DNA of 64,000 nt from an uncultured bacterium (GCA_937952315.1 CALFZX010000016.1:78969-142968), one strand, 5' to 3'. Counted from the first letter of the stretch, positions 44,851-56,858 are shown. Notes: generated by a model not told the origin, from the letters alone. Numbers and translations: made by a program.

Positions 44851-46503
44851 ATGGCCAGTACTTTCTATCGCATATACCGACCCAAAAAATTTTCCGAGTT
44901 GGTGGGTCAGGAAGAAATAAGAAAAATTTTGGAAAAATCACTGGTGGAAGATCGGCCAGGTCATGCCTATCTTTTTACGGGGCCTCGAGGAACGGGCAAA
45001 ACAACGACAGCCAGGATCTTTGCCAAAGCGCTTAATTGCCTTCTTCCCTTAAGAGAAAGGGACGGGGCGGAACCTTGCGGTAAATGTTCAAACTGTCAGT
45101 TGATCGATAAAGGGCAAACTACGGATTTGGTTGAAATTGATGCCGCTTCTTACACGGGGGTTGACAATATTCGTCAACTTACGGAAAACATCAATCTGGC
45201 TCCCGCCAATTTGAATTATCGAATTTTTATCATAGACGAAGTGCATATGCTAAGCAAGGGTGCTTTTAACGCGTTGCTTAAAACACTGGAGGAACCTCCT
45301 TCCCACGCGGTTTTTATTCTGGCAACTACGGAATTTACCAAGGTGCCGGCTACCGTCGCTTCTCGTTGTCAAAAATATTTTTTTCGGCTTTTTCGGCCGG
45401 AAGAAATTGTTGGAAAGTTGAAAAAAATAGCTCGGCAAGAGCAAATCGAAATCGAGGATGAGAGTCTTAAACTGATTGCGGAAGCTGCCGAGGGAGGAAT
45501 GAGAGATGCGGAAAGCATTTTTGCGCAGGTTGCTTCCGTCGGTGATAAAAAAATTACTTCGGAAGCAGTTAGGTCCGTTTTAAGAATATCCGGTAGCGAA
45601 GAAGAAAATATTTTATTGGAAAATTTATTAAAAAAAGATATAATAGCCAGCCTTTCCGGCTTTGACGAATTGGTCAAAACCGGAGCGGAGCCTTTCATGC
45701 TTTCTCACCGAATGCTAAATAAATTGAGAAAAATTTTATTGTTAAAAATCAATCCGGAGGGAAAAAATTTATTGATTGCAGAAAGTGAGGCTTCAAAAAT
45801 GCAGAGCATTACAAAATTGGCAAATAAGATTAATATCTCGGAAATTTCCAATTTGATGATGAAAATAATCCAAAATCAACCCCTGATTAAAAACTCCAGT
45901 CTGCCCTTCTTGCCTCTCGAACTATTGATTATCGATTATTGCAAAACCGGAATGGACAGTTCGAATGTGCCAAGCAATGCCAGCTCCGTCGGTGAATTGC
46001 CCAAGGAAAATTCTGAGAAGAAAAATCAAGAGTCTGCCAAGGTTAATAAAAAATCGAAAGAGCCGTTACGGACGGAAGAAGATAAAATTCCCAATGAAAT
46101 ATTCAATGAAAAATTAGACCAAAAACATAGTAAGATCAATAGCGAAAAAGAGGAAAAAGAACTTTTAAGCGAGAAGCGAAATGATAATTTTGATATAAAA
46201 GCGGTTTTAGAAAGCTGGCCAAAAATTTTGGAAAAAATGAAAGATTTACAGCCGGCCCTGCTGTCCATTTTGAGAGTCTGCAGTCCGGTGAAAATTGAAA
46301 ATGAAACTTTGATTATTTCCACTCCGTTTAAATTTCATCAGGAGAGGCTTAATGAGGCAAAGAATCGAGCTCTGTTTTGCGCTGAGTTAAAGACGGCTAC
46401 CGGTATCGAAAGAATCTGTGTTCTAGAAGATAAAGCGGTCAAAGCCGAACCAAAAAAAGAAGATGAGCTGGTGGATCAAGTTAAAAATTTACTTAATTTA
46501 TAA
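44851..46503 (+). CDS. dnaX: DNA polymerase III subunit gamma/tau
   Basis: YRPKKFSELVGQ, GPRGTGKTT, EIDAAS, IIDEVHML, SRC, GGMRDA. Confidence 0.97.
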   Translation: MASTFYRIYRPKKFSELVGQEEIRKILEKSLVEDRPGHAYLFTGPRGTGKTTTARIFAKALNCLLPLRERDGAEPCGKCSNCQLIDKGQTTDLVEIDAASYTGVDNIRQLTENINLAPANLNYRIFIIDEVHMLSKGAFNALLKTLEEPPSHAVFILATTEFTKVPATVASRCQKYFFRLFRPEEIVGKLKKIARQEQIEIEDESLKLIAEAAEGGMRDAESIFAQVASVGDKKITSEAVRSVLRISGSEEENILLENLLKKDIIASLSGFDELVKTGAEPFMLSHRMLNKLRKILLLKINPEGKNLLIAESEASKMQSITKLANKINISEISNLMMKIIQNQPLIKNSSLPFLPLELLIIDYCKTGMDSSNVPSNASSVGELPKENSEKKNQESAKVNKKSKEPLRTEEDKIPNEIFNEKLDQKHSKINSEKEEKELLSEKRNDNFDIKAVLESWPKILEKMKDLQPALLSILRVCSPVKIENETLIISTPFKFHQERLNEAKNRALFCAELKTATGIERICVLEDKAVKAEPKKEDELVDQVKNLLNL

Positions 46504-46514
46504 TTAAAAAAATA

Positions 46515-47360
46515 ATGAACAGTCTAAAAACAATTTTTCTTTTCGGTTTGTTGGGGTTATTTCTCGTTTTTTTGGGAAGAATTTTCGGCGGATCGACCGG
46601 AATGTACGGGATGCTGGTTTTTTCATTGATTATGAATGTGGGGATGTATTTTTTTTCCGATCGAATTGCGATAAAATCGGCCGGCGCTAAAAAGATGAGT
46701 CGAAAAAAATATCCCGGTATCTATCGGGCCGTTGAAAGTTTGTCCAAGGAGGCTAAAATACCGATGCCAAAAATATATCTTAGCGGTATGAATCAGCCGA
46801 ATGCCTTTGCTACCGGAAGAAACCCTCAGAATTCAGCCGTCGTTTTGACAAAGGGTCTAATCAACAACCTTTCTCCGGCAGAGGTAAAGGGAGTGATTGC
46901 CCACGAATTAGCTCATATAAAAAATCGGGATATCTTACTGGCCACTATCGCTTCCGTGATTGCCTCTTCCGTTTTTGCTCTTTCCGATTTCATTCGTTTC
47001 GGTAGCCTGTTCGGATCTTCCGATGAAGACAGAAACCCGATTTATGATATTTTGATTTCTCTATTGGCGCCGTTGGTGGCTATTATTATCCAGATGGCTA
47101 TTTCTCGAGAAAGAGAATTTAAGGCCGATGCAACGGGGTCAAAAATCAGCGGAGACTCGGAAAATCTGGCTCTTGCATTGGAAAAAATAGAGAATTTAGC
47201 TCATCGAACGGAGACGCCGGAGGTTAATCCCGCCTTTGCCAGTCTGTATATTAGCAATCCGTTTGGAGGAGGAGAGATTTCCGGTTTTATTCAGAAACTT
47301 TTTTCTACTCATCCACCGGTGACGGAAAGAGTAGAAAGGCTGAGAAATATGCGTAGATAA
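46515..47360 (+). CDS. htpX: Zinc metalloprotease HtpX
   Basis: PNAFATGRNP, HELAH, SREREFKAD, FSTHPP. Confidence 0.94.
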   Translation: MNSLKTIFLFGLLGLFLVFLGRIFGGSTGMYGMLVFSLIMNVGMYFFSDRIAIKSAGAKKMSRKKYPGIYRAVESLSKEAKIPMPKIYLSGMNQPNAFATGRNPQNSAVVLTKGLINNLSPAEVKGVIAHELAHIKNRDILLATIASVIASSVFALSDFIRFGSLFGSSDEDRNPIYDILISLLAPLVAIIIQMAISREREFKADATGSKISGDSENLALALEKIENLAHRTETPEVNPAFASLYISNPFGGGEISGFIQKLFSTHPPVTERVERLRNMRR

Positions 47361-47408
47361 TTAACATTCGGTTTTTTATAATATGGTTGGCGATAAAGTT
47401 TAATTAAG

Positions 47409-47442
47409 AAAAACGCCCCGATTCTGCTCGAGGCGTTTTTTT
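47409..47442. terminator. Bidirectional terminator between htpX and dnaK
   Basis: AAAAACGCCCCGA-ttctgc-TCGAGGCGTTTTT. Confidence 0.8.
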
Positions 47443-47467
47443 ATACTTACCGCTTTGAGAAACTCGA

Positions 47468-49396
47468 TTAATCCTTCTTTTCTTTGTCGCCCGAATCGGT
47501 TCCTTTTCCTTCTTGATCCGAACTTTGATCTTTTGATTCGGCGGAATCATCTTTGGGTTGCTCGGCGCTTGGCTGGCCGTCTTTCATGTTCTGATAAAGA
47601 ATTTGACCGATTTTTTGAGCGACTTCACTCAGCTCTTCCGTGGCCTTTTTAATTGCCTCTTTATCGTTTCCTTCTTTAATCTCCTTCAGAATCTTAATCT
47701 TGGCTTCAACCGGCTCTTTATCGGTTGCAGGAATTTTATCGCCAGCTTCTTTAATCGCTTTTTCAGTCGTGAAAATTAAAGTATCGGCAATATTTTTTGC
47801 CTCAACCAATTCTTTTTTTTCTTTATCTTCGCTGGCATGCACCTCCGCGTCTTTTCTCATTTTTTCCACTTCTTCTTCGGAAAGACCGGAAGAAGCTTCA
47901 ATCCTAATCGACTGCTCTTTCCCCGTTGCCTTGTCCTTAGCGGTGACATTAAGAATACCACTGGCATCAATATCAAACTTAACGGCAATTTGAGGCACTC
48001 CTCTTGGTGCGGGCGGAATGCCGTCTAAGTGAAAACGGCCTAAAGTTTTGTTGTCATTGGCCATTTCTCTCTCTCCCTGTAGCACATGAATTTCAACAGA
48101 AGTTTGGCTATCCGAAGCGGTAGAGAAAACTTGCTCTTTAGAGGTCGGAATAGTGGTATTTCTTTCAATTATAGGCGTTCTAATTCCTCCCATCGTCTCG
48201 ATTCCAAGAGTCAAAGGGGTTACATCCAAAAGTAGAACATCTTTCACATCGCCTCTTAGCACCCCTCCCTGAACAGCTGCGCCCAAAGCGACAACTTCAT
48301 CCGGGTTGAGAGAAACATTCGGTTTTTTTCCAAAAAACTCTTCCACTTTTTTCTGAACCAAAGGCATTCGAGTTTGACCGCCGACCAAAATTACTTCGTT
48401 AATCTCCTCTTTTTTAATTTTAGCGTCTTCAAGGGCTTTTTTGCACGGCTCCAAAGTTTTGGTAACTAAATCGGAAACCAATTCTTCCAATTTGGCGCGA
48501 CTGATTTTCAGGTTTAGGTGACGCGGTCCATCGTTTCCCATAGTAATAAAGGGTTGATTGATCTCCGTTTCTTGAGCGGTAGAAAGTTCGATTTTAGCTT
48601 TTTCCGCACTTTCTTTAACTCTTTGCAACGCCATTGAATCTTTTGAGAGGTCGATACCCTCCGTTTTTTTGAATTCGGCAATAATCCAATCGATAATAAC
48701 CTGGTCGAAATCGTCGCCCCCCAAGTGAGTATCTCCGCTGGTTGATTTTACTTCAACCGACTTATCCTCACCGCCAACCACTTCAAGAACGGAAACATCA
48801 AAGGTTCCGCCACCCAAGTCGTACACAATAATTTTTTCATCTTTATTGCGATTAAAACCGTAGGCTAAAGCGGCTGCTGTTGGCTCATTTATCACTCTTT
48901 CCACTTCAAAGCCGGCAATTTTACCGGCGTCGCGAGTGGCTTTTCTTTGAGCGTCATCAAAATAGGCCGGTACGGTGATCACGACTTTATCAATTTTTTC
49001 GCCCAACTTCGCCTCTGCATCCGCCTTCATTTTTTGTAAGATCATCGCAGAAATTTCTTGTGGCTTTTTCCAGTCATCACCGATCTTAATTTCAATACCG
49101 CCGTCACTACTTTTTTGCAGTTGAAAGGGAAACAGCTTTATATCTTGCTGAACTTCTTGGTCATCAAATCTTCTTCCAATCAATCTTTTAGCGGAAAAAA
49201 CGGTATTTTCCGCATTGGTAACAGCTTGTCTTTTCGCCGGCACTCCGACCAGTCTTTCTTTGGTTTTGGAGAAGGCTACAATGGATGGGGTGGTACGATT
49301 CCCTTCCTGATTCTCGATGACTTTTGGCTTATCTCCCTCCATAATTGCCATGCAGGAGTTGGTAGTGCCCAAGTCAATACCTAAAATCTTACTCAT
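47468..49396 (-). CDS. dnaK: Chaperone DnaK
   Basis: [40 protein letters not shown]. Confidence 0.99.
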   Translation of the reverse strand: MSKILGIDLGTTNSCMAIMEGDKPKVIENQEGNRTTPSIVAFSKTKERLVGVPAKRQAVTNAENTVFSAKRLIGRRFDDQEVQQDIKLFPFQLQKSSDGGIEIKIGDDWKKPQEISAMILQKMKADAEAKLGEKIDKVVITVPAYFDDAQRKATRDAGKIAGFEVERVINEPTAAALAYGFNRNKDEKIIVYDLGGGTFDVSVLEVVGGEDKSVEVKSTSGDTHLGGDDFDQVIIDWIIAEFKKTEGIDLSKDSMALQRVKESAEKAKIELSTAQETEINQPFITMGNDGPRHLNLKISRAKLEELVSDLVTKTLEPCKKALEDAKIKKEEINEVILVGGQTRMPLVQKKVEEFFGKKPNVSLNPDEVVALGAAVQGGVLRGDVKDVLLLDVTPLTLGIETMGGIRTPIIERNTTIPTSKEQVFSTASDSQTSVEIHVLQGEREMANDNKTLGRFHLDGIPPAPRGVPQIAVKFDIDASGILNVTAKDKATGKEQSIRIEASSGLSEEEVEKMRKDAEVHASEDKEKKELVEAKNIADTLIFTTEKAIKEAGDKIPATDKEPVEAKIKILKEIKEGNDKEAIKKATEELSEVAQKIGQILYQNMKDGQPSAEQPKDDSAESKDQSSDQEGKGTDSGDKEKKD

Positions 49397-49439
49397 GGTG
49401 TTTAAATTTAATTATTATTTATTATTTTTTATCAAATTG

Positions 49440-49481
49440 ATTTTAAAAAATATTTTAGCACTCGTCAAGTTTGAGTGCTAA
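49440..49481 (-). promoter_or_regulatory. Perfect CIRCE (49455-49481) containing the -35 of a dnaK sigma70 promoter
   Basis: Minus strand reads TTAGCACTC-aaacttgac-GAGTGCTAA, with TTGACG-N17-TAAAAT (-10 at 49445-49440). Confidence 0.95.
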
Positions 49482-49573
49482 AAATAGTTTATGCAATTTT
49501 TTATTTTTTTTTATCGTAATAAAACTAGGATATAATAAATCGATAGTTTTTTTATTTAAATCAAAAAATAGAG

Positions 49574-50761
49574 ATGAAGAAAGCTTATTATTACTGGGCC
49601 TTAGCTCTTTTTATTGTTTTGGGTGGAATCTATTATTGGTATACCGGCAATCAATCGACTGATAATCAAGTCGAGTATATAACGGAAAAAGTTAGCAGGG
49701 GCACTCTTACTACGACCGTTTCTGCCAGTGGTAATGTTGTCGTCGATCAGCTGGCGACCGTTGATCCGACCATTTCCGGCACCGTCACGAATCTTTCCGT
49801 TAAGGTGGGCGATTCGGTTGAAAAGGGGCAACCGCTTTTTGAGATTATAAACGATGATTTGGAAGTGGCGGTTAGAAAATCGGCCGATTCCTTAAAACAG
49901 GCGGAGCATAATGTTGAAACAAAAGAAGTGGCAGAGGATCAGGCGGAGGCGGACTACGAAGCCGCCGTTAAAAAAGACAAGAAAGACCCAACCGCTTACA
50001 CAAAGGAACAGCTGGAGGTTTTAAAAGATAAAATTGAATTAGCGGAAAATGCGGTCGAAGAAGCTGAAAAATCTTTGGAAACCGGCCGATTGGAATATCA
50101 AAATCAGAAAAATGAGGCGGACAAAAGAAGAGTCATCTCCCCGATCAATGGAACGGTGAATGAAATTAACATTAAAAACGGTGACGATTTAGGAAAAAAT
50201 TCAACCTCTAACACCGCAAACGCCCCGATTATTATTGGCGATCTGAAAACTTTAAGAGCGGAAGTGGCTGTCAACGAGGTAGATATTGCCAAGGTGAACA
50301 TTGGCCAAAAAGCGGTTTTAAAATTAAATTCTTTGGATGAGATGTCTGTTTCTGGCAAGGTGGAAAAAATAGACTCATTGGGAACTGCCAGTCAGGGAGT
50401 GGTAACCTACAAAGTCACCATCAGCTTTGACATTCTCGATGAACGAATTAAGCCGGAGATGAGCGTGACGGCTTCAATCATTACCGAGGTGAAACAAGAT
50501 ATTTTAATAGTACCGAACGGAGCCTTAAAACAGTCCGGAGAGTTTAATCTTGTAGAAATAATGGAAAATGGGAAACCCAAGCAAATTGAAGTTCTGACCG
50601 GATTGGCGAATGACACCGAAACTGAGATTAAAAGCGGACTTTCCGAAAATCAAGAAATAATAACTCAAACTATAAATAACGCTGACGGCAATACCAATAA
50701 AAATAGAAGTAGCACTTCCGGTTTTAGAATGCCCGGTATGGGGGGAGGAATGCCAAGATAG
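49574..50761 (+). CDS. MacA-like periplasmic adaptor (membrane fusion) protein
   Basis: TM, VKVGDSVEKGQPL, coiled coil, SPINGTV, VNEVDI, PEMSV. Confidence 0.9.
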   Translation: MKKAYYYWALALFIVLGGIYYWYTGNQSTDNQVEYITEKVSRGTLTTTVSASGNVVVDQLATVDPTISGTVTNLSVKVGDSVEKGQPLFEIINDDLEVAVRKSADSLKQAEHNVETKEVAEDQAEADYEAAVKKDKKDPTAYTKEQLEVLKDKIELAENAVEEAEKSLETGRLEYQNQKNEADKRRVISPINGTVNEINIKNGDDLGKNSTSNTANAPIIIGDLKTLRAEVAVNEVDIAKVNIGQKAVLKLNSLDEMSVSGKVEKIDSLGTASQGVVTYKVTISFDILDERIKPEMSVTASIITEVKQDILIVPNGALKQSGEFNLVEIMENGKPKQIEVLTGLANDTETEIKSGLSENQEIITQTINNADGNTNKNRSSTSGFRMPGMGGGMPR

Positions 50762-50774
50762 TTAAAATATTTTC

Positions 50775-51488
50775 ATGATTAAATGTAAAAATTTAACCAA
50801 AATTTATCGTAATGGAGATGTCGAAACGATCGCTCTGGGTGGTGTTTCCTTCACTATAAAAAAGGGGGAATTTGTTTCGATCATCGGGCCTTCCGGATCG
50901 GGAAAATCAACTTTAATGCACATACTGGGGGCTTTGGATAATCCAACCGACGGAAAATATTTTTTGGATGGGCAGGAGGTCTCTCGATTGAATGAAAATC
51001 AATTGGCCGATTTGCGTAGAGAGAAAATCGGTTTTGTTTTTCAATCTTTTAATCTTTTAAAGAGGACAACTGTTCTTCGTAATGTAATGTTACCTTTGAT
51101 TTATTCCGGGATTTCAATCAAAGAGCGAGAAAAAATGGCGCGAGAGGCTCTAAAATATGCCGGTATGGAAGAAGGCAAATTTAATAACCTTTCAAATCAA
51201 CTTTCCGGCGGGCAGATGCAAAGAGTAGCCATTGCCCGAGCGCTCATCAATAAACCGGCTATTTTGCTGGCGGACGAACCGACGGGAAATTTGGACACAA
51301 AAACCAGTCGCTTGGTAATGGAATATTTTAAAGAACTTCATGATCGAGGGCATACGATTATTATTATCACCCACGAAGACGAGGTCGCCGATTACGCCGA
51401 AAGAATTATTTCCATTCGAGACGGGAAAATAGAATCCGATCGAATCAATAAAAAATTTAAATATCTAAGAAAAAAAGATGCTGATTGA
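50775..51488 (+). CDS. ABC transporter ATP-binding protein (MacB/LolD-like)
   Basis: GPSGSGKS, IGFVFQSFNL, LSGGQMQR, LADEPTGNLD. Confidence 0.95.
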   Translation: MIKCKNLTKIYRNGDVETIALGGVSFTIKKGEFVSIIGPSGSGKSTLMHILGALDNPTDGKYFLDGQEVSRLNENQLADLRREKIGFVFQSFNLLKRTTVLRNVMLPLIYSGISIKEREKMAREALKYAGMEEGKFNNLSNQLSGGQMQRVAIARALINKPAILLADEPTGNLDTKTSRLVMEYFKELHDRGHTIIIITHEDEVADYAERIISIRDGKIESDRINKKFKYLRKKDAD

Positions 51489-52695
51489 TTTATTGCGGGA
51501 AACAGTTTGGTCTTTAGCGGGGAATAAAGCCAGATCCAGTTTAACAATTTTAGGAATTGTTATCGGTATCGCTTCCGTAATTACTATGGTTTCAATCGGA
51601 CAGGGAGCTCAAGCCTCAATTGAAAACAGCATCCAATCAATCGGATCAAATTTAATTATCATTTATCCGGGAGCCGGCAGGAATGAAGGACCGGTAAGAT
51701 CCAGTCGCGGTAGCGCTAAAACTTTGACGATGGAGGACGCGGAAGCGGTAAAAAATCAAATTGTCGGGTTGAAAGGCGTCTCCCCCGAGATTGCTAACCG
51801 CTATCAAGTGAGGGCTAAAGGTCAAAATACCAACACCCAAGTAACCGGCACTACTCCAAGCTACACAACGGTTAGAAACATAAAAATTTCCATCGGCACT
51901 TTTTTTAGTGAACAACAGGCAAAAAGCTCCGCTAAAGTGGCCGTACTCGGGCCGACGACACGAGATGATCTTTTTGGCGAAAACGCTAATCCGGTTGGAT
52001 CAACTGTTTCTATCAATAATGTTGAATTTAAAGTCATTGGCGTTACCGAGTCAAAAGGTGGATCCGGTTTTAACAATCCGGATGATGCTATTTATATTCC
52101 GATTCTAACGGCCGGTAATTTTTTGGCCGGTGAAAGTTATTTATCTTCGATTAGCGTAGCGACGGAAAAACAAAGTGCCATGGACTCATTGCAGGAAGAA
52201 ATAACCAATTTACTACTTAAAAGGCATAAAATAAACGATATCGCCAGTGCCGATTTTAATCTGATGAACCAAACCGACATTATCAGTACCGCTTCCAGCA
52301 TTACCGGAACTTTCACTATTTTGCTCTCCTCCATCGCCGGCATTTCTTTGTTAGTTGGGGGAATCGGCATTATGAACATGATGCTCACCACCGTAACGGA
52401 GCGAACTAGAGAGATCGGTCTGAGAAAAGCGGTTGGCATTAGAAAAATTTATATCAATCTGCAATTTTTAGCGGAGGCCGTCGTTTTAACCTTTATTGGA
52501 GGAGGAATCGGCGTTGTTTTGGGCTGGATGGCTTCATTGGGGGCGACTCAATTTTTTAATATCAACACGGAAATATCAATTTCATCGATTTTAATGGCTT
52601 TCGGAGTCTCAGCGGTTGTCGGGGTGGTCTTCGGTTTTTATCCCGCTCGTCGCGCTTCCAACCTCAGCCCGATTGAAGCTTTAAGATATGAATAA
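51478..52695 (+). CDS. ABC transporter permease (MacB/FtsX-like)
   Basis: RSSLTILGIVIG, GGIGIMNMM..V.ERTREIG.RKA.G, YPARRAS..PIEALRYE. Confidence 0.95.
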   Translation: MLIDLLRETVWSLAGNKARSSLTILGIVIGIASVITMVSIGQGAQASIENSIQSIGSNLIIIYPGAGRNEGPVRSSRGSAKTLTMEDAEAVKNQIVGLKGVSPEIANRYQVRAKGQNTNTQVTGTTPSYTTVRNIKISIGTFFSEQQAKSSAKVAVLGPTTRDDLFGENANPVGSTVSINNVEFKVIGVTESKGGSGFNNPDDAIYIPILTAGNFLAGESYLSSISVATEKQSAMDSLQEEITNLLLKRHKINDIASADFNLMNQTDIISTASSITGTFTILLSSIAGISLLVGGIGIMNMMLTTVTERTREIGLRKAVGIRKIYINLQFLAEAVVLTFIGGGIGVVLGWMASLGATQFFNINTEISISSILMAFGVSAVVGVVFGFYPARRASNLSPIEALRYE

Positions 52696-52710
52696 TTTTT
52701 AAATTATATT

Positions 52711-53181
52711 ATGCGTTACAAACAAAATGAAATTATCATCGCTGCAATAGCCATGATAGCCGTTGCCGGTCTTTCTTTTTACGGTGGCACTTTTTATCAA
52801 AAAAATTACGGTCAAAAAAAAATCGGTGCTTTTAGTCGAGACGGCCAAAACGGATCGTTTAATCGACAGGGAAGAATCGGTGGAGGAAATTTTAACGGTA
52901 ATCCAGGCAATCGGCCTAATCGCGATGGATCTTTTGCCACCGGCGAAATTATTTCTAAAGATGACAAAAGTTTGACGGTAAAAACTATGGACGGCGGATC
53001 GAAAATTATTTATTTCTCCGATGCCACTACTATAGGTAAGTCTATCGCCGGTAGCAGAGACGATTTAAATGAAGGTGTTTCGGTAATGATAAACGGGAAA
53101 AACAACAGTGACGGTAGCTTAACGGCCGAAAATATTCAGATTCGACCGGTCGGAGACGCGACGAAACCGATGCGTCAGTAG
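52711..53181 (+). CDS. DUF5666-like membrane-anchored OB-fold protein
   Basis: TM with FYGG..Y, Gly/Asn linker, GEI.S.D..S.TVK..DG.SKII and G..NSDGS.TA..IQI. Confidence 0.65.
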   Translation: MRYKQNEIIIAAIAMIAVAGLSFYGGTFYQKNYGQKKIGAFSRDGQNGSFNRQGRIGGGNFNGNPGNRPNRDGSFATGEIISKDDKSLTVKTMDGGSKIIYFSDATTIGKSIAGSRDDLNEGVSVMINGKNNSDGSLTAENIQIRPVGDATKPMRQ

Positions 53182-53203
53182 GCAAAAATAAAATGATGAA
53201 AAA

Positions 53204-53233
53204 AATAGAGCGCTCTAAAAAGAGGGCTCTATT
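53204..53233. terminator. Hairpin terminator between the convergent ABC operon and atpA
   Basis: AATAGAGCGCTCT-aaaa-AGAGGGCTCTATT; the A-run on the left gives a T-run on the minus strand. Confidence 0.7.
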
Positions 53234-53259
53234 AAATTATAAAAAATGCGACTTTGCCT

Positions 53260-54780
53260 TTATTTCTTTTCTTCAACTTCAAATTTTCCCAGATGGGAAG
53301 CCATTTTTTTCTTCAGTTCTTCAGCTACTTCGTCTTCCAATACTCCGGCTTCATCAATTTTCTTCAATAACTTCTCTGCTGTGTTATCCAAATATTCATG
53401 CAAGGATTTTTCCGCTTCTCTGATTTTCTCTACGGGTACCCGATCGAGTAGTCCTTCGTTAACAGCTAAGACAATTGCTACTTGATGGCTAACCGACATC
53501 GGCTCGTATTGGTTTTGTTTGGAAATTTCGATCAAGCGTTTTCCTCTTTCGATCTGATTTCGCGTTGATTCGTCCAGATCGGAAGCAAATTGAACGAAGG
53601 CGGCCAATTCTCGGAATTGCGCCAAATCAAGTCTCATTTGACCGGCTACTTTTTTAATTGCTTTTGTTTGAGCAGCCGATCCCACCCTTGAAACGGATAA
53701 TCCAACATTTAAAGCCGGCTTGATTCCTTGATTGAACAATTCATTTTCCAAGTAGATTTGTCCGTCGGTAATGGAGATAACATTCGTTGGAATATAAGCG
53801 GTGACATCGCCAGACTGTGTTTCGACAATCGGCAGAGCGGTAATTGAACCGCCTCCGTGATCGTCACTCAGGCGAGCGGCTCTTTCCAGCAATCGAGAAT
53901 GCAAGTAAAAAATATCGCCAGGATAGGCTTCTCTTCCGGGCGGTCTTCTAAGAAGTAAGGAGATTTGACGATAAGCCCAAGCATGCTTTGAAAGATCGTC
54001 ATAGATGATCAACACATCTTTGCCTTGATCCATAAAGTATTCTCCAATCGCGCAACCGGCATACGGAGCCAAGAAGGAAAGTGACGCGGGATCTGAAGAT
54101 CCGGCTAAGACAACAATCGTGTTATCCATCGCGCCCTTCTCTCGAAGTCGACTGACAATTTTTGCCACTTTGGATTTTTTTTGGCCGATAGCTACATAAA
54201 TACAAATAACTCCTTTGTCTCTTTGGTTGATGATCGTGTCAATTGCTATGGCCGTTTTCCCGGTCTGGCGATCGCCGATAATCAACTCTCGCTGACCGCG
54301 TCCAATCGGGACAATCAAATCGATTGCCTTAATTCCTGTTTGCAAAGGCGTGGTAACAGCTTTTCGAGCAATAACACCGTGAGCAATTTTTTCAATTGGA
54401 TAAAATTTTTCTGGGCGGAATCCCTTTTCACCGTCCAGGGGCTGACCTAGCGGATCGACAATTCGACCGACCACCTCCTCGCCGACCGGAATGGAAAGAA
54501 TCTTGCCCGTTGATTTTACGATATCTCCTTCGTGAATTTTTTTAGCGTCACCCAATATGACAGCACCGACGCTGTCTTCCTTAAGATTAAGCACTACTCC
54601 TTGGACACTGTTTTCGCCGATTTCCACCATTTCAGAGGCCATCGCCTCATCCAGACCGGAAATTAATGCCACACCGTCTCCAACCTCAATGACTTTACCG
54701 ATTTTTTGGATTTCTACTTTTTTCTCGAATTTTTCGATTTCTCTTTTGAGAGAATTCAAAATTTGCTCTTTGGCTTGCAT
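53260..54780 (-). CDS. atpA: F1 ATP synthase alpha subunit
   Basis: [33 protein letters not shown]. Confidence 0.98.
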   Translation of the reverse strand: MQAKEQILNSLKREIEKFEKKVEIQKIGKVIEVGDGVALISGLDEAMASEMVEIGENSVQGVVLNLKEDSVGAVILGDAKKIHEGDIVKSTGKILSIPVGEEVVGRIVDPLGQPLDGEKGFRPEKFYPIEKIAHGVIARKAVTTPLQTGIKAIDLIVPIGRGQRELIIGDRQTGKTAIAIDTIINQRDKGVICIYVAIGQKKSKVAKIVSRLREKGAMDNTIVVLAGSSDPASLSFLAPYAGCAIGEYFMDQGKDVLIIYDDLSKHAWAYRQISLLLRRPPGREAYPGDIFYLHSRLLERAARLSDDHGGGSITALPIVETQSGDVTAYIPTNVISITDGQIYLENELFNQGIKPALNVGLSVSRVGSAAQTKAIKKVAGQMRLDLAQFRELAAFVQFASDLDESTRNQIERGKRLIEISKQNQYEPMSVSHQVAIVLAVNEGLLDRVPVEKIREAEKSLHEYLDNTAEKLLKKIDEAGVLEDEVAEELKKKMASHLGKFEVEEKK

Positions 54781-54810
54781 TGTATGATAAAATTATTCAG
54801 TTATTTAGCT

Positions 54811-55185
54811 TTAAATTGAAAATCTTTGCTTAATTTTTTCCAGCTGAGAAGCGACCGAGCTGTCCACTAAATAATTATCCCAAATTATTTTAGTTCCTCC
54901 AATCAAAGAAGGATCAACTTTCCATTCCGGCTCCGCTCCACTGTCTTTTAGGTATTCTTCCCATAGTTTTTTCTCCTTTTCATCGCTTAAAACTATGACA
55001 ACTTTATTCTTTCGGCTTTCTATTTCCTCGTTTATCAACCTTTTAAATTTCTTCATTTCCTCCAACCGATGGTGCTTGTCTAAAAGTTTAAACCAAGAAT
55101 CGATAATGGATTTCTGCTCTTTTTCATCTTTTGCTTTGACAAGCATTTCGCTGACGGACTCAACATAGTTTTTCAGGGAATACAT
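54811..55185 (-). CDS. atpH: F1 ATP synthase delta subunit (short, divergent)
   Basis: Position between atpF and atpA; VDPSLIGG...VDSSV..QL. Confidence 0.8.
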   Translation of the reverse strand: MYSLKNYVESVSEMLVKAKDEKEQKSIIDSWFKLLDKHHRLEEMKKFKRLINEEIESRKNKVVIVLSDEKEKKLWEEYLKDSGAEPEWKVDPSLIGGTKIIWDNYLVDSSVASQLEKIKQRFSI

Positions 55186-55194
55186 GAAAAAATC

Positions 55195-55704
55195 TTAAAG
55201 CTTAGATTTCTGGCTGAGTGCTTTTTTTGCCTCTTCATTCCAGTCTTTACGGTCCGTATCCGAAATTTTTTCCTTCAAAAATTTACCGGCCAGCTCAACA
55301 ATCAGATCTCCCGACTCCTGCCTTATCTCATCCATAATTTTTGCCTTTTCTCTTTCCAGTTGCACTCTTGTCTCTTCTTTGAAATTTAGAATTTCTTCTC
55401 GCGCTTTATTTAACGCTTTCTCTCGGCTATCCCTTGCTTCCGATTTTGCCTTTTCCAAAATCCGGTCAGCCTCCAGCGTTGCCTCTTTGATCTTTCCCGC
55501 TATGTTTTTTTCCGCTTCAGCTAAAACTTGTTCCGCTTTTTGAGCGTTATTCAAGCCTTCTTTGATTTTCTTTTCTCTTTTTTGAATGATATCGAGCAAC
55601 GGCTGATAAAGATAGCGTTTCAGAATATACATCAAGAGAAAAAAATTCACTACCTGCGCTAGGAGAATCTTACCATTGATGCCTAACTTATCAAGAATTT
55701 CCAT
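55195..55704 (-). CDS. atpF: Fo ATP synthase subunit b
   Basis: LGI....LAQVVNF..L, P......R...I..GL..A coiled coil. Confidence 0.94.
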   Translation of the reverse strand: MEILDKLGINGKILLAQVVNFFLLMYILKRYLYQPLLDIIQKREKKIKEGLNNAQKAEQVLAEAEKNIAGKIKEATLEADRILEKAKSEARDSREKALNKAREEILNFKEETRVQLEREKAKIMDEIRQESGDLIVELAGKFLKEKISDTDRKDWNEEAKKALSQKSKL

Positions 55705-55736
55705 CTTGTTTCAAAAACTAAAAAACCTTAATTAAA

Positions 55737-56000
<264 letters not shown>

Positions 56001-56029
56001 TTAAAATTAAATTAAAACAAATAAATTAA

Positions 56030-56755
56030 TTAATGCTTTACCGTAGCCATTTTTAGAAAGACTAAAGTTAAAGTGGTGAAAACCAAAGCCTGAATCAGGC
56101 CCACAAATATTTCTAACATAAAAAATGGCAAAGGCAAAATGTAAGGAACGAGAAACATCATCGCCACCAGCAAGACTTCCCCCGCAAAAACATTCCCAAA
56201 AAGTCGAAAGGAAAAGGAAATCATTTTGGAAATTTCTCCGATCAGCTCAAGAACTCCTACAAAAAAATCGATGGGGCTCTTGAAATTAAAAAATTTGGAA
56301 GCGTGCCCTTTGAAGCCCAGAGCAACGAAGCCGGTCACCTGGACGGTAATCACCGAAATAACGGCCCAGGCAATCGTTGCGTTCAAGTCAGAGTTCAATG
56401 AGCGAAAGAAAGGTACGAATTCCCCTTCGTGATTCTCAAAACCGAAGGTGCCAACTCCCGGTAAAAGACCGAACCAATTGGAGAAAAGAATAAAAATAAA
56501 AAGCGTAGCCAAAAAGGGAAAAAATTTTAGCACCTTCTCTCGATCGGGCCAGACGCTCTCGAAAAAATTCAGCAATGCCTCCAAAATCTGTTCCGCAATG
56601 CCTTGGAGTTTACTCGGCATCATTTTTGGTTTTTTTCCGGCGACAAAACCGACCAAAATCAAAAAAGCCATTACAATCCACGCCGTCACAAGTGTATTTG
56701 TAATTACAAAATTTCCAATTTTGGCGATGGTCTCCGGCACCAAGGAAATATGCAT
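56030..56755 (-). CDS. atpB: Fo ATP synthase subunit a
   Basis: NWFGLLPG, SDLN, SFRLFGN.FAGE, IQALVF. Confidence 0.96.
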   Translation of the reverse strand: MHISLVPETIAKIGNFVITNTLVTAWIVMAFLILVGFVAGKKPKMMPSKLQGIAEQILEALLNFFESVWPDREKVLKFFPFLATLFIFILFSNWFGLLPGVGTFGFENHEGEFVPFFRSLNSDLNATIAWAVISVITVQVTGFVALGFKGHASKFFNFKSPIDFFVGVLELIGEISKMISFSFRLFGNVFAGEVLLVAMMFLVPYILPLPFFMLEIFVGLIQALVFTTLTLVFLKMATVKH

Positions 56756-56785
56756 TTTTTTTGATTTCGATTTATAATTTAGAAG

Positions 56786-56858
56786 TGCGTCGTGAGGGAT
56801 TCGAACCCCCGACCAATTGGTTAAGAGCCAACTGCTCTACCAGCTGAGCTAACGACGC
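56786..56858 (-). tRNA. tRNA-Lys(CTT)
   Basis: GCGTCGT/ACGACGC acceptor stem, GTTGG-CT-CTT-AA-CCAAT, GGTTCGAATCC; 30 bp upstream of atpB on the same strand. Confidence 0.95.

Noticed and set aside
46141-46160. Programmed -1 frameshift site in dnaX
   Set aside because: The GAAAAAG runs are read GAA-AAA-G, not in the A-AAA-AAG phase, and no clear stimulatory hairpin follows.
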